This document shows positions 13,801 to 25,644 of a stretch of DNA of 64,000 bases, piece after piece. Each line of letters starts with the position of its first letter. Positions within the stretch are counted from its first letter, which is position 1. This stretch comes from Lytechinus pictus. Its lineage: Eukaryota. A program made the translations under genes and the position numbers. The notes under the pieces were generated by a model. The model did not search any database. It was not told where the DNA came from and saw nothing but the letters and a program-made list of their open reading frames with translations. Where the stretch lies: NCBI RefSeq assembly GCF_037042905.1, contig NC_087255.1, forward strand, positions 18,166,001 to 18,230,000. Reading direction: 5' to 3'.

Positions 13801-16800
13801 TTACAAATGTGCCGATGAATTGAATATCTATTGGTATGAATTTGCACTGTATTTGGCTTACAACAGAAAGATTGAAAAAAAATATATGACCATGGATTAG
13901 TTCAATACAAGAGATCAGAAAACAGACTGTATGGGGAGCTGCTCGCGTATGAAATCACAAAATTAGAACTTGGATTTTTCACCAAACCTTGAAGTGATTG
14001 TTGGGCTTTGATCAAGATCTAAACATATATATTTTTGCTACTGCAGCTTATGCTGTAATTGTGATTGCTAAATTTTTTCAATAGGTCGGACAAGAATAAC
14101 CCAAGAATTTCAAACATATCGGTCACTAATACATTACTTAGATATTGATGACTACATTCATAAAAGTCCACATGGATGCTTAAGTTTCTACTGAACGTTG
14201 TTGAGGGAAAATTACAACCCTTTTTACCTACATGTATTGTGAATTACAGTATGTAATGATGCTTTAAATGAAAAAACATCTTCTGGGCTTCCTCTTTAAA
14301 AATTATCGGATGGACAGCAGGTAGGTCCCCACAGGTCAGATTTTACAAACCTTGAAGTTACTCAATCCCTTTGACTGATATGTTTCTTTCCTAACTTTGT
14401 TTTTATGTAAAAGAGCAAACAAAAAATGTCAGGGACTAACCATTTACTTCCATATCAGCTTATAATGATATCGCTCTTCATGTATGTTTCTGTTTTGTTT
14501 TGTAGGGGTCATGTATGTCTTATTGTGAACGTGGCATCCAGCTGAGGGTTAACCGACAAGAACTACAAACAGCTGGTCGAGTTAGATCAGCAGTTTGGTA
14601 GTTCTAGAGGTCTCAAGATTCTTGGTTTCCCCTGCAACCAGTTTGGTGGACAGGTTTGTACTTTTCATTTGCTTTTCATTCATTTTGCCGGCCTCGGCCT
14701 TGGACCAAGTAACGGGTACAATGTTTATGGGAGAAGGTTTTCTCCTGCGGCCTTGTGACTTCGAAGTACAGGCCTCAACTACATGTACATCCCTGGGCCT
14801 GGTTGGATGAAAGTTACTAATGGTAACTACCATGGTAACAGTGCTCATCAACCAATCAAAATCAAGGATTCCATGAAAGTTACCATTGAATGGAAAAGTT
14901 ATTATAATAGTAACTTTTATGCAGCAGGGCCCTGATCATATGGACAAAATTACTTGGGATCATTTCTGCCCCCAAAATGCTCAAAAGAACCCTGGAAAAT
15001 AATGATAAAAAAGGGGCCCTGGAAAATCCCCATTCACTACAATGTTAAAGCTTCTCCAATGTTGTAGATTTAGAGAGTTGGTTGGAAAAAGAAGCCTCCC
15101 CCCCTAAAAAAAAAAAAAAATGGGTGATATACAGGTGATGGTGGTGGTGGTGGAGGAGAAAAAAAAAGAAACTATATCGATCATTGGCATATATAGTAAA
15201 TACAGTGCCAAAGGTGGTATGCTGTTTGCGATTCTTTCAACTTAAGCCCTTGATGAAATAGCAATCCGTTGCAACTTCCCTACAAAGGGTTTTATTAATT
15301 CTATATTTTGTCATTCAATCAATTTTTATTTCTCATTATTATTACAGTCCTTGAATTTGAATATATATTTTAGGACATGGTCACTTTTTTAAAAGGGCAC
15401 ATTTTCATTTTACAGCACAAATGGGGAAAATTGAAAAGGGTTCAAATGCCAGTCAAAGGGGCATTGAGACCAATTGATAGGTCATCCCTTGCCTGGGAGT
15501 TGTCTTTGCCTTGGAATAATTTAAGCCTGGCTATCCTTGATTATCATTATGTAATTGTAAATTATTGTTTCTTCAACCCAGGAGCCAAAGCCGAATGCAG
15601 AGATCAAGAAGTTTGCCCAAGATAAGTACGGTGCTCAGTTTGATCTGTTCTCCAAGATTGACGTGAACGGAGACAACGCCATCCCCCTTTACAAATACCT
15701 CAAGATCAAACAGAAAGGCACCCTGGGAAAGTAAGTCAGAAAAAATGAGATTTAAAAAATGATACATCGTTGCCAAGGCGTTAAAATTATTGATAACCAT
15801 AAGCTAGATGGAGCTCATTGTGCGCTACTGCATGTACGACCTTGAGGCAAAGGAAAAGTACTCCAAGTAAACAATTAATAGTATACGCGACCATACCAAA
15901 GCGTAAAGTACTCCACGCGCCATGCATGCACATGCACACACAATAGAAAATAAAAGTGTGTAAACATTGTGCACACATGACCTTTTGGAGTACTTCTTTT
16001 TACCCAAAAGAATGCTTTGTTGCTCTATCCACCTATTGATATCTGTGGTTATAACTTTATATCTCAAAATTTGTAGGCTGGCTTAGCAAAAAATCTATAA
16101 TAGAAGTATAGCAATGGTGGCAACCTCTTATTGTTTGTGTACAGTCTCCTGAATCCTATAAAGAACTCTTTCTAGGGAAGAGAATGTTGCCACTTGACTT
16201 ATGGCACAAGTCCAAAATCGAAGTTTTTTCCTAGCTGCCCTTAAAATGTTAACAATTTAAGACACATTTTTAATACCCTTGCAACAACATGTAGGGAGAG
16301 ATAGTGAGGAGATTGATTTTAATATCAGCAGATCACAACTTATTGTTGATAAATAAAGGCGGACGTTCACAAGTTGTCTAATCCCGTTGTGCCGATTAGG
16401 TGCTTAGTATGGGAGTACAGTAAAGTCAACATAAATCAACCTTCTCTTAGTTGTGTAATCTATTATTAAGTCAAAAGGCAAATTTTTAGACCAGGGTTCC
16501 GTAACACAAAGGTTTGTGATTAATCGTACGCTGGATTCTTACGTTTAATTGTACATTGTAGTCAATGGAATCATTATAGAAAAATGTTCTATGATCATTG
16601 TTCAGCTTTGTGTTCCGGGGCACAGAAATCACCAGATTGTGCAAAACAATACCACTTCTTAGTCTGATTTTGCCTTTCAAAGTCAAATATACTTCTGTGG
16701 TAGCAAACTAACCTTTATGCTAAAATTCAAGTTTGTATCCAACAGGAAATTGGAAAAAAAAATTTGGAATTGCTATTGTTATTTATGTAGCACTGGTTAT

Positions 16801-19800
16801 TTTGTACATTTCTTAAGTCCGTCCTAATCCGTCCTTATCCCATTTCACAAAGAATTGTAGTTGATCCAATCTGGGTCTCAATAAGCATGCATACATTGTA
16901 CATGTGTCTGTTTAAAACATACATGTATGGTATAAAATGTGACAAACACTTGTACACACATCCTTGATCTGACTAACCACTGTGCTCTATTTAACTTGTT
17001 TACAAAAATAAATGAATAGGTCTCTCATATGAATTGTGATTCAATTTCTCACCATAGTTATGGTTAGTGGGACTAATTGCAAATTTTTTTTTCTTCAAAG
17101 AAGGTCCCTTTATAGTCTTTAATCTATTCCTTGATGATAAAATGCATGATGTAATAACCAATTGTATCCATATTTCTATTTCACATTTGCAGTCGTATCA
17201 AGTGGAACTTCACAAAGGTGAGAACACTTTATGTTGCCCTCATGTTATGGGTTTAGTTTGTGGGTTGTTGGAAGAAACAATGTAGTCATTAGTACAAATT
17301 TTTCCTTGCTTTATCAGGGTTTGTTATGCTAGGAGTGGGGGGTGGGGGTGGCACAGGCCGGATGTGCCCCTTCCTGATCCGCCACTGAAGCTTATATTTT
17401 TAAGACAAATATTTAATCCTCCAATCAAATTTCATATCAGTACATCATAAAGACAACCTTGTACATGTAACTTGCAATTGAAATTGTAGTGAATTGACAC
17501 GAGTGCAATTGTAGGAGATTTTTCACGAGTTTAAAGGAGGCTGTTCTATTCAATGAGGTGTACATTGTAGCTGAGTTGAATGGAGTGTCTCTCTTTCACC
17601 TAATGCGGAATATTGAACCATTGCACAAATAACAATATTCGCTATTCACCTTGAAAAATGCCTCAGAAGTTTAGCAAAAATACAATGAACAAACAGTTTT
17701 TCCCAATGTAAAATCCATACAAATGAAAGAATTATTGAAATCCCTGAACAGCATGTGTACAATGCTGCTAGCAGTGATTCAAGCATGCATCATACATGTT
17801 TCTGAATTTAGCTTGTAGGCCTAAGCGCATTTCACCTGAATATCGCTGCAGGGTACATTTTGGATGGTACATGTGCAATGGTACAAATGCTGCACAGTAA
17901 GTCTCCAATTGGCTTACGTAAATACCTCAACTCAGCAGTCATTGTACAATCAATCCGTGGGAAGTGAGACGGCTGATATAGGAAGGAGAGATGATAAACG
18001 AAAGAAACACTTCCTTACTGCAACTGAATGGTCAACAATGCAAACAAAATGTCATTCATGGATCTACTTTTTTCATTCTTATCTTCCCAGTTTTTGGTGA
18101 ACAAAGAAGGCATTCCTGTGAAGAGGTTTGGGCCACCAACAGAACCCAAGGTGAGTTTCAAAGGAAACATATCTATCCACTTTTTCATTCATTAATAATG
18201 ATTTATATAACATCTTAAACAATCACGCGGTTTGCTAGGCCTTGCACGCTCTGATTTTTATTATGTTCTTGTTTTTGTTTTTCTAGTAGGTCAATCCTTT
18301 TCCCCCCTTTTCCTTCGTTTTGCTCTTATTTTTTTGTGGGGGGGGGGGGCTGTCTACTCTGTAAGCCTTGCTCTTGAACAATTCACTTTGCTACTTAAAA
18401 TATTCTGCCTTTTTATTCTTTGTTCCCAGATTTTGTGTTGTAATCACCTATTAATCATTTGTGAATGAGGGAAAGGTACATGTAAGGGCAGTTCCCAGGA
18501 GGGGGAGGTAAATCCAGCCTCCCATTCAACATAGACAGAAATAGATTTCAATTTTGGATGTCTGACTGATTGACTGAAAAAAAAAAAACTTCACTCCTAT
18601 GCTCTCAATCTTTGTCTGTTATTTAAATCCAAGGGATCCACCAAGCAATGCATAAGATAGCAAGTTTTACTTTTCAAAAGTTACGAAATTCATTAGGGAA
18701 ATTGTATGGAAGGGAAATTGTATGGAAGGAAAATTAAATAACTTCTAATTCTGGTGACTCCCTTCCTCAAAGATTTTTCCTTTTATTATTTTATTTGGCA
18801 TTTCAACCAAAAACAATTAAAAAAGCAAGTTACATGAAAACACACAAAGAGAAGAGGAATAAAGGATGGTTTACAGTACTGGACCAGGTTGCCTTGGGAA
18901 AGGAAAAAGTGATGATTTTCACTGTCATCCGAATATAGAGCAGTCCATATTTGTTTTATATACCCCATCGATAATCACATAATTCTATCCCAAATCTGCT
19001 GCTGGCCAGGACAACCGATAAATTCAGTTGTCCAGCCAGGCCAGCGCGCCGTTGGCTGCGCGTACATGATCGAGCAGCAGTAGCGCAGCAAAGCACAGCG
19101 AATGAGCTCGAGCCAGCTAGATGCACTCCTAGAAACACAACTTGTGGCCCCTCCCTCAGGGGTTACGAGTGCTATCAGGGGGTTTGATAGAAGAAATGTA
19201 CAGTAAGTCAAACCTCTGAGACGATGATAGACGGAATAGCACTGTGTCACATGATGCATTTTTGACCAATCAGAGATAACAATCTTAGTATGAGTTATAT
19301 AAAATAGTAACTATAATGCAACAGGGCTCAGGACTTGTATGGCAACATCCACAAGAATAAAAACATAAGCTTTATATTAAATATTAAAAATTCAGATAGA
19401 AATAGTATTTAAAAATGGAAATATATAAGAACAGTAGAATGTGGTGATATTAGGAACAAAACATGGGTCAAGTTGAAAGATTCACATTTCAGGGGAGCGT
19501 TTCATCAACATTTTTATCCGACAAGTTGTCAGATCTGACAACTTTCCCTGGTTCCGATTGGCTGAGAGGTACTGTACCTCTGGTAATTGTCGGATAAAAC
19601 AGGACTTGTCGGATAAAATCGTTCCATGAAACGCTCCCCAGGATAAACCTAAAATTTTATGGCAACATCCACAAAAATAAAAACATATAAATGAGAACAA
19701 GAAAATATGATGACATTAGGGACAAAATGTGGGTCAATTTGAAAAATTGATAATTTAGGGTATACGTTTGTAATAATTTTTTTTTCTTCTTCTTCTTTCT

Positions 19801-19850
19801 TCTTCTTCATAATGCAGGACACCGTAAAAGACATTGAGAAGTACCTATAA
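7743..19850 (+). CDS. GPX4: Phospholipid hydroperoxide glutathione peroxidase (selenoprotein), 7 exons: join(7743..7877,13317..13426,14506..14653,15582..15730,17193..17217,18091..18150,19818..19850), 219 aa
   Basis: All introns are GT-AG with consistent phases (0,2,0,2,0,0). Motifs: [41 protein letters not shown]. Catalytic Sec/Gln/Trp/Asn are intact. Exon layout, including the 25-nt exon 5 and exon 1 ending in ATG, mirrors vertebrate GPX4. Confidence 0.96.
8270..9210. repeat. Purine-rich (GAAA/GGAA) low-complexity tract in GPX4 intron 1
   Basis: Almost pure A/G on the + strand with short local duplications. Confidence 0.95.
13317..13426 (+). CDS. GPX4: GPX4 exon 2
   Basis: ttttgtag|[36 protein letters not shown](K)|gtaagt. 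Confidence 0.95.
14506..14653 (+). CDS. GPX4: GPX4 exon 3 with in-frame UGA (selenocysteine) at 14543-14545
   Basis: [51 protein letters not shown]; the UGA is at the catalytic position of the GPx family. Confidence 0.97.
15582..15730 (+). CDS. GPX4: GPX4 exon 4
   Basis: cccag|[49 protein letters not shown]|gtaagt. Confidence 0.96.
17193..17217 (+). CDS. GPX4: GPX4 exon 5 (25-nt micro-exon)
   Basis: ttgcag|(N)RIKWNFTK|gtgaga; carries the catalytic Trp and Asn. Confidence 0.95.
18091..18150 (+). CDS. GPX4: GPX4 exon 6
   Basis: cttcccag|[20 protein letters not shown]|gtgagt. Confidence 0.95.
19492..19639. mobile_element. Short palindromic MITE (Harbinger-like); related copies near 14800-14932, 30248-30533, 31671-31818, 37280-37390, 48577-48698
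   Basis: TIR GGGGAGCGTTTCAT / ATGAAACGCTCCCC with an internal GATTGGCTGA motif; the family recurs across the window. Confidence 0.75.
19818..19850 (+). CDS. GPX4: GPX4 exon 7 (coding part, stop TAA)
   Basis: Long (TTC)n pyrimidine tract, then gcag|[10 protein letters not shown]; matches the typical GPX4 C-terminus. Confidence 0.92.
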   Translation, partial: DTVKDIEKYL

Positions 19851-21001
19851 AGGAAAGGGGAAAAAAACATGAAGCATTGATGTGAAGGTATGAAGGTGAT
19901 CTACAAACTTCCTGTAACTCGGAGCTGCCAAGCTAGTCTAGGTAATGGCCCTAATTGACTGCTGCATATACATGTAACGCCCAGTTTGGATGGAGCCTAC
20001 AAAGTAACAATTTTTTTAGCCGACTCCAAGAAAATTTAGCAGTAAATGCAATGTAGCATTCCAATTCATAATTATTTGATTACAGGAATGTGTAATATAA
20101 AGCTTTAGCGATCAGTCGTGAGGTCGATTTCTATGATTGAAAAAATCAGCCCCATTCCAGGACTGCCGACACTCATTTTCATCTCTGTTAAGGAAAATTT
20201 ACCAGGAAATTAGGGAGATGTTTTAATTTGCTTATCTGCAATTATGGCCTTTGGATTGTTGACTTTCAGGGAATATTCCTTACACTCCAGGGTTGGCAGT
20301 TTCTTGGGAAATTTAGGTCTTTCCTCTCCAGGTGGGAAATACGGGGAAAAACTCGTAAATGCTGGGAAGTACTCAAGATGTACAGAGAGGTACAGGGAAA
20401 CGCTAGAATATTCTTGAGAAACTGGGCAATACCTGGAAATATTCAAAAACTATTTTTCGTAGTATTTTCCTGCCAGGGAAAATATTACACGGGGGCTCGG
20501 GGCGAATTTGCCCCCGAAAATGCCCCACAGAGCCCTGGAAAACTAAAAACGAGCCCCTAAAATTCACATTGGGTCCAATGTAAACTTTAATACAATGTGG
20601 CAAATTTAGTCTGGTGAGCTCAAAAGTAGCCCCGGATAAAAAATAATTAATTTTTACCCTGTTTCCTGCATTTATAACTATTTCCCATTTTCCTTTAAAA
20701 AAAATGACTGAGGCATTATTTACCAGTATTTACCCCACTCGTATTTTCCACCCCAGCCAAGACTGTTACACTCAAGAAGACCTGGTTCCTGTAACGCAAA
20801 GGTTAGCAATTGATTTTTACGATTGATTGTACATGGAAGTCAATGGAATCAATTGTAGAAAAATGTTCTACGATCATTGCTAAGCTTTGTGTTACCGGCC
20901 ACTGATGACTCTGTAATATGAAGATATCCTTTTTGCCTTCACATTGATGAACACATATATTAAATACCAGGATTGGGTCATTTTCATCTTGTCCTTCATG
21001 T

Positions 21002-21074
21002 ACCTCAGACAATCATGATGGCTTGTTGGTAAAACCGCATTCCATGTGGCAGAACAAGCTTGAGAATAAAAGGT
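21002..21074 (+). promoter_or_regulatory. SECIS element 1 (type 2) in the presumed GPX4 3'UTR
   Basis: AUGA at 21015-21018, 12 nt to AAAA (21031-21034), helix II GGCUUGUU/AACAAGCU, ministem CCGCA/UGUGG, UGAG at 21061-21064, short helix I ACCU/AGGU. Folded by eye. Confidence 0.75.
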
Positions 21075-21568
21075 CAAAGTTCATGGAAGTAAGATGAGAA
21101 AGACTGGATCCTTGAATTTGATATATGTCCTTTTAGTGCCTGGTGACTATGTCTTGGACATTGTATGTAAAAGCAGGCAGTTTTGCAAAGAAGCGACTGC
21201 TTGCACAAATGTACGTGCCATAATTGGGTATTTTTATCTGCAATATCTCTCTCATGTCCTTGTCGTGACTTTTTGGATGTATTACTTGTTTTGCAGGTTT
21301 TGAAAAACAGGTGTTTTTAAAATTTTCTCTTGGTGCAATAGAGGGGTTTAATGCAGATTTGAGATTTTTTTTCAGTTGATCCTATGCTAGCTGTACCAAA
21401 GTGAGACGGATGATACACAGTTATGTTGTGTATATTATCAATATACATGTACATGTATGTTGCCAATCCTACATGCATTGTACACATTATGGAATTTTTA
21501 TTGTGTTAAAAAAAGTCAATGTAAAGATTACCAACATAGTGAAATGTACACCACTCCCTTCCTTTGAC

Positions 21569-21642
21569 GATGGTTTATGATGATTTGCTCTTCAACCGCT
21601 TCTAACGGCAGGGTCAAATCTGAAAAACTTTTTGTTACCATC
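21569..21642 (+). promoter_or_regulatory. SECIS element 2 (type 2) in the presumed GPX4 3'UTR
   Basis: Helix I GAUGGU/ACCAUC, AUGA at 21577-21580, helix II GAUUUGCUCU/AGGG(U)CAAAUC, apical AA at 21594-21595, ministem CCG/CGG, UGAA at 21621-21624. Folded by eye. Confidence 0.8.
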
Positions 21643-21981
21643 AGCAACTGAAAAATGGTGTGCAGTCCACAATGTTTGTAATCGGAGCAGAAACCTGTGT
21701 CATGAATGTGGTTTTTGTGTAGTTGTTATGAATAGGGTTTATTCAATGTACATGTAATTCAATCAGTCAAGGTCACTTAACCTATATACAACTATTTGTA
21801 TAAATAATGTGTTGTTTTTATGATTCTGTTTTTTTTGTGTGTGTAAACATGTATTTGACAATCTTAGGATGTTTAGTTCAATCTTATTCCACCAGTGAAG
21901 GTCACTTTACCTATATTCAACTATTTCTATAAAAAGTGATATTTTTGTGATTCTGTTTTAAATAAGGTAGAAAATCTTATT

Positions 21982-21987
21982 AATAAA
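21982..21987 (+). terminator. Candidate GPX4 polyadenylation signal downstream of both SECIS (others at 21065-21070 and 22296-22301)
   Basis: AATAAA followed by U/GU-rich sequence; no transcript evidence. Confidence 0.35.
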
Positions 21988-22795
21988 AATGTGATATTTT
22001 GTTCAATCTAATTCAAGTAATCAAGCTTAGGTAATTTTACCTAAAGGGTTATATTTCTTAAATTCTGTTTAATCAAAGAAAAACTTCAGTGAAACTTTAT
22101 GTAATTGATTGTCATAGGTAGTGTGGTGTTTGAGAAATAAGGTCACTATTTACCCGATGCCAATTCATACCCTTCAAAACCTTAACTCTTTGTTCCACTA
22201 GAGTATTACATACATGTACCACAGACTGCCAACTGTGTATATGTATTGTTTTGATAATATTTGGAAAAGTTGGATATTTTACATCAAACTATAAGAATAA
22301 ATTGTTACATTATTTGACATGGTTTAAATCAGTTTGATGTTAAATCTGGTCTTTGATTCATGCCATCATGTTGATAGGGAAACCTACATAGTACAAACCA
22401 ATGTATCAACATTATCAATAACATGGATTCAAATTAAATCCACATCAGCAGTAAATGGTGACCAGCTGGACACTGGTTGTAGCTTAAATCAGTAAAGATT
22501 TGAAATGAAAGCTCTATCAAGATTTGAATTTTAATCTTTTGAGATGCAAAATTAAATTAAATGCAAAGTCACAGCAGATCTGGATTTTATTTTAAAACCA
22601 TAGAGTGTCAGTCTGGCAGGCCAGTTATAATTCATTTCATATGTAGATAAGACAAACTTAATACTGCAAGAAAGGCATATGTGTCTTAAGCTCAATTTTG
22701 TATTTTTTGAAATGTAATATGTCTGTCTGGTATGGATGAGTACTTGAACTCCAATGTCTTGAGCCAACTTGATTCTATCCAGCATAAGAGTAGAC

Positions 22796-23040
22796 ATATG
22801 TGGCTCAGTGGATAAGTCTTGACTCGAACAAGAAGGTCGGGGGTTCAAATCCCACCGCAGCACCCACCTCCTTTGGCAATTTGTATATCTACATTTGCCA
22901 CTCTAAACCCAGGTGCAAATAATTAATACCTGGTAGGAGGAAATTCCTCAAATGCTCGAGCATCTGATCAGGGTTGCCGTTCTAAAGCTGTGGTAATATG
23001 CAGTGCTTAAAAACATTGTGTTATGCGTTGTATAAATTTA
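22796..23040 (+). mobile_element. Degenerate tRNA-derived SINE (same family as 396-710)
   Basis: TGGCTCAGTGG box A, GGTTCAAATCCC box B, CACTCTAAACCCAGGTG core. Confidence 0.75.
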
Positions 23041-23081
23041 GGCTCATGGTAGCTGCATTATAATTCCTTGCCACCGATGAT

Positions 23082-23275
23082 TAGTCTGCAGGCACAGACC
23101 CTTTGGTTTTCACAATTCACATAGTGCATAATGCAGAGTCTGAAGTAGTGAGACTAGATTCACTATGTACTGTGGCTGACTCTGCCACAGAGAGAGTGAG
23201 TTTGCAGTCTAGTCTTCCCTCTAGACATGACATAATTGGTTAAAGTATCAAATTTGAATCTGCGCTTGCAGACTA
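23082..23275. mobile_element. Short TAG...CTA TIR element (AcademH-like)
   Basis: TAGTCTGCAGGCACAGA / TCTGCGCTTGCAGACTA; flanks accgatgat / accaatggc could be a decayed 9-bp TSD. Confidence 0.55.
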
Positions 23276-24857
23276 ACCAATGGCCTGCATGCTTGTTTTT
23301 AGGTACATTCATCAATTATGAATTATTATGACCTGTGATTTGAGTTTGCTATTTGATTACCAACGCAGTTGATGAAGTGATAATTAAATTTTTCTGTGTT
23401 TGTGTGGACTGCAGTTGATAAGTAGATAATGTATGATTATAATGTGTAATAGATAAGTACCCATAGAAGCAATTTCGTGAAATAGATAATGACTAGTACA
23501 GAATGCCTATTTTTCTGAAATCTGATTCTTAAACATTTTTAAAGTTAAGATATTTTTAATGAAAATATACAAAGTCCTATTTGATGTTCTCTTTTATGGT
23601 AAAACATTGCCATTATAATTAGTATTTTAGATAAGCACTCAACAAAATGTATTTTCATGAAAAAAAACAAAGTCTGGTACAGATTTCAGATTTTAATTGT
23701 TTTAATGCTAGGATTAATTTTACACTGCGTTGTGGAAATACATGTCCTACTTTTTTATGGGGAAAAGACTGCCATTTGTTGCCTTATTAATTTTTTTTTC
23801 GAATGTTTCTTATATCTTTCTAACAGTAACACATGCCATTTGCTATATTTTTGTGCAGAGGGTATCTGCAAGACAAGTTAAAATCTACTGAAAGTGGCTG
23901 TTCTGTTTTAATAGTAAATGGGTTGGTCACTGATTGGTGGTGAATATGAATGCATACATATGGTTTCAATGCGTTAGAAGATGATTATTTGGCATTATTG
24001 TTTCAGCCTTAAAAGGTGTATTTTATTGTCTTAAAGGTCGATTGATGAATGTAGTATGGATGTCCACCAATGGTTTTACTCATGAGTTTATTGTGATTAA
24101 ATTGAGCGTGAGATCATGTTAATCCAATATCAGGAATCGATTTATTATTTTGTGTTTCTTTCTTAAAATCTAAATCTAGTATATTGTTCTTTTCAAGAGT
24201 CAGTGATTGCTGTGGCGACAATAGTGTCAATATAGCCTAAAAATACACATTAATCTATTAGTTATAAACATACTCTGAAATTAAGTAGAGGAAAACTTTT
24301 GAGCTCAGCCTTATTAGGGTTAAGTTCAGCCTGAGGACCCATGTCTTCAGGGAAATTTAGACAAGAAAAAGTCTTGTATACTGAATAGGCATAGGAAAAA
24401 AATCAGTGCAAGGGGTCTGAGCTAAATTCATGTCGCTTCTAGCATCTGACACTGGATGTAGGCCTACTATAGATGCAGAAATAAAACGTAACCCTTTCAC
24501 ACTGGCGGATCCAGGGGGGGCACAGCCAGCCCGTGCCCCCCCTGATTAAAAATTAAAATTTGTAATGTAAAAATGCCTTTGAAACAGAAGTGTGCCCCCT
24601 CCCCCTTTGAAAGTGAAGACTTTTTTTTGCTTGTCAAATTATTCCTCGGAAAAATGTGCCCCCCTTTTGGAAAATCCTGGCCTGCCCTTTCAAACCTTTG
24701 GTGACAAAGGATTGTTTAGTGTTTTGATAGATTAAAATTTCAAGAATTTATTTTCTTATATCGCCCTTTTATATTATTGGAAGTTGTACCTGCATGCCCC
24801 CCCCCCTTTCCCTTAGGTCTGCCATTGGTAGGAGCAAATGTTGACTCCCACGGTTTT

Positions 24858-25215
24858 GCCACTTCCATTGACGAGTGGATACCATGCGCGACCATGGGGT
24901 CTCGAAAAGCACCCTAAACATTTTCTGAAAATGCACCCCTTAACAAGTATTGGCGTGTGAAACCCTAAACACGTAGTGTTGACATCCTTTATAAAAACAT
25001 TTTAGTCTTAATTTTTTACACCCTCGCAAATTTAACCCTAAACACGTAGCTCACCTAGCAAAAATAGATACCCTTTTTCATTATTTTAGTGTTTTTGAAC
25101 CCCTTATTACGTTACGTACGTAACGTGCCCTATCTTGAAAAAGACATCCTTTTTACGTGGTTTTTTGGTCGCGCATGGTATCCACTCGTCAATGTAAGTG
25201 CCCCCCCCCCCGGGG
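24858..25215. mobile_element. Non-autonomous TIR element of the CCCGGGGG...CACTTnCATTGACGAG family (short copy)
   Basis: Inverted CATTGACGAGTGGATACCATGCGCGACC at both ends; same family as 32030-37271. Confidence 0.8.
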
Positions 25216-25644
25216 TGATAGATCAGATAGCAATTTCTGTATGAGAGAAAGGAGAATTGGTATCATTAAAAAAAAAATCGAGACGGTATTAAAAACTAGC
25301 AAAAAAAAAGCATGAATGATTTTGGTTTAAAAAGATAATTATTCCGCGGTAAAAACTAACAAAAGATGCTATATGCTTTTCAGTGTTAGAATGTTACATA
25401 CATATATTAATTTTAATGAACAGGCCGCCTCAAAAATTGATTTGGTTATGATATTAAAGGATATGTAGAATCATCAAAACTTAAGATATCTGTCCATCAA
25501 TGAGCTGGGAATAAAAATGTCATGAATTCGGTCGTAATTTCATTTATTCGAGTATAATCAGACAGTATCTTGCGAGATAATCTTCTTGATGACGAATGTC
25601 AAAGATTCTTTTAATTGTTCTTTTCACGAGCAATCATGAACCTA

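Noticed and set aside
14543-14545. In-frame TGA read as a nonsense mutation (GPX pseudogene)
   Set aside because: It sits exactly at the catalytic Sec position, all other exons and splice sites are intact, and SECIS folds lie downstream.
14582-15800. ORF-track entries 14582-14851, 14595-14810, 15377-15625 and 15573-15800
   Set aside because: Off-frame or antisense shadows of GPX4 exons 3 and 4.
19869-19960. Additional SECIS candidates (ATGA...AA) right after the GPX4 stop, and near 20905-20990
   Set aside because: No complementary helix-II strand followed by GA at the required distance could be found by eye.
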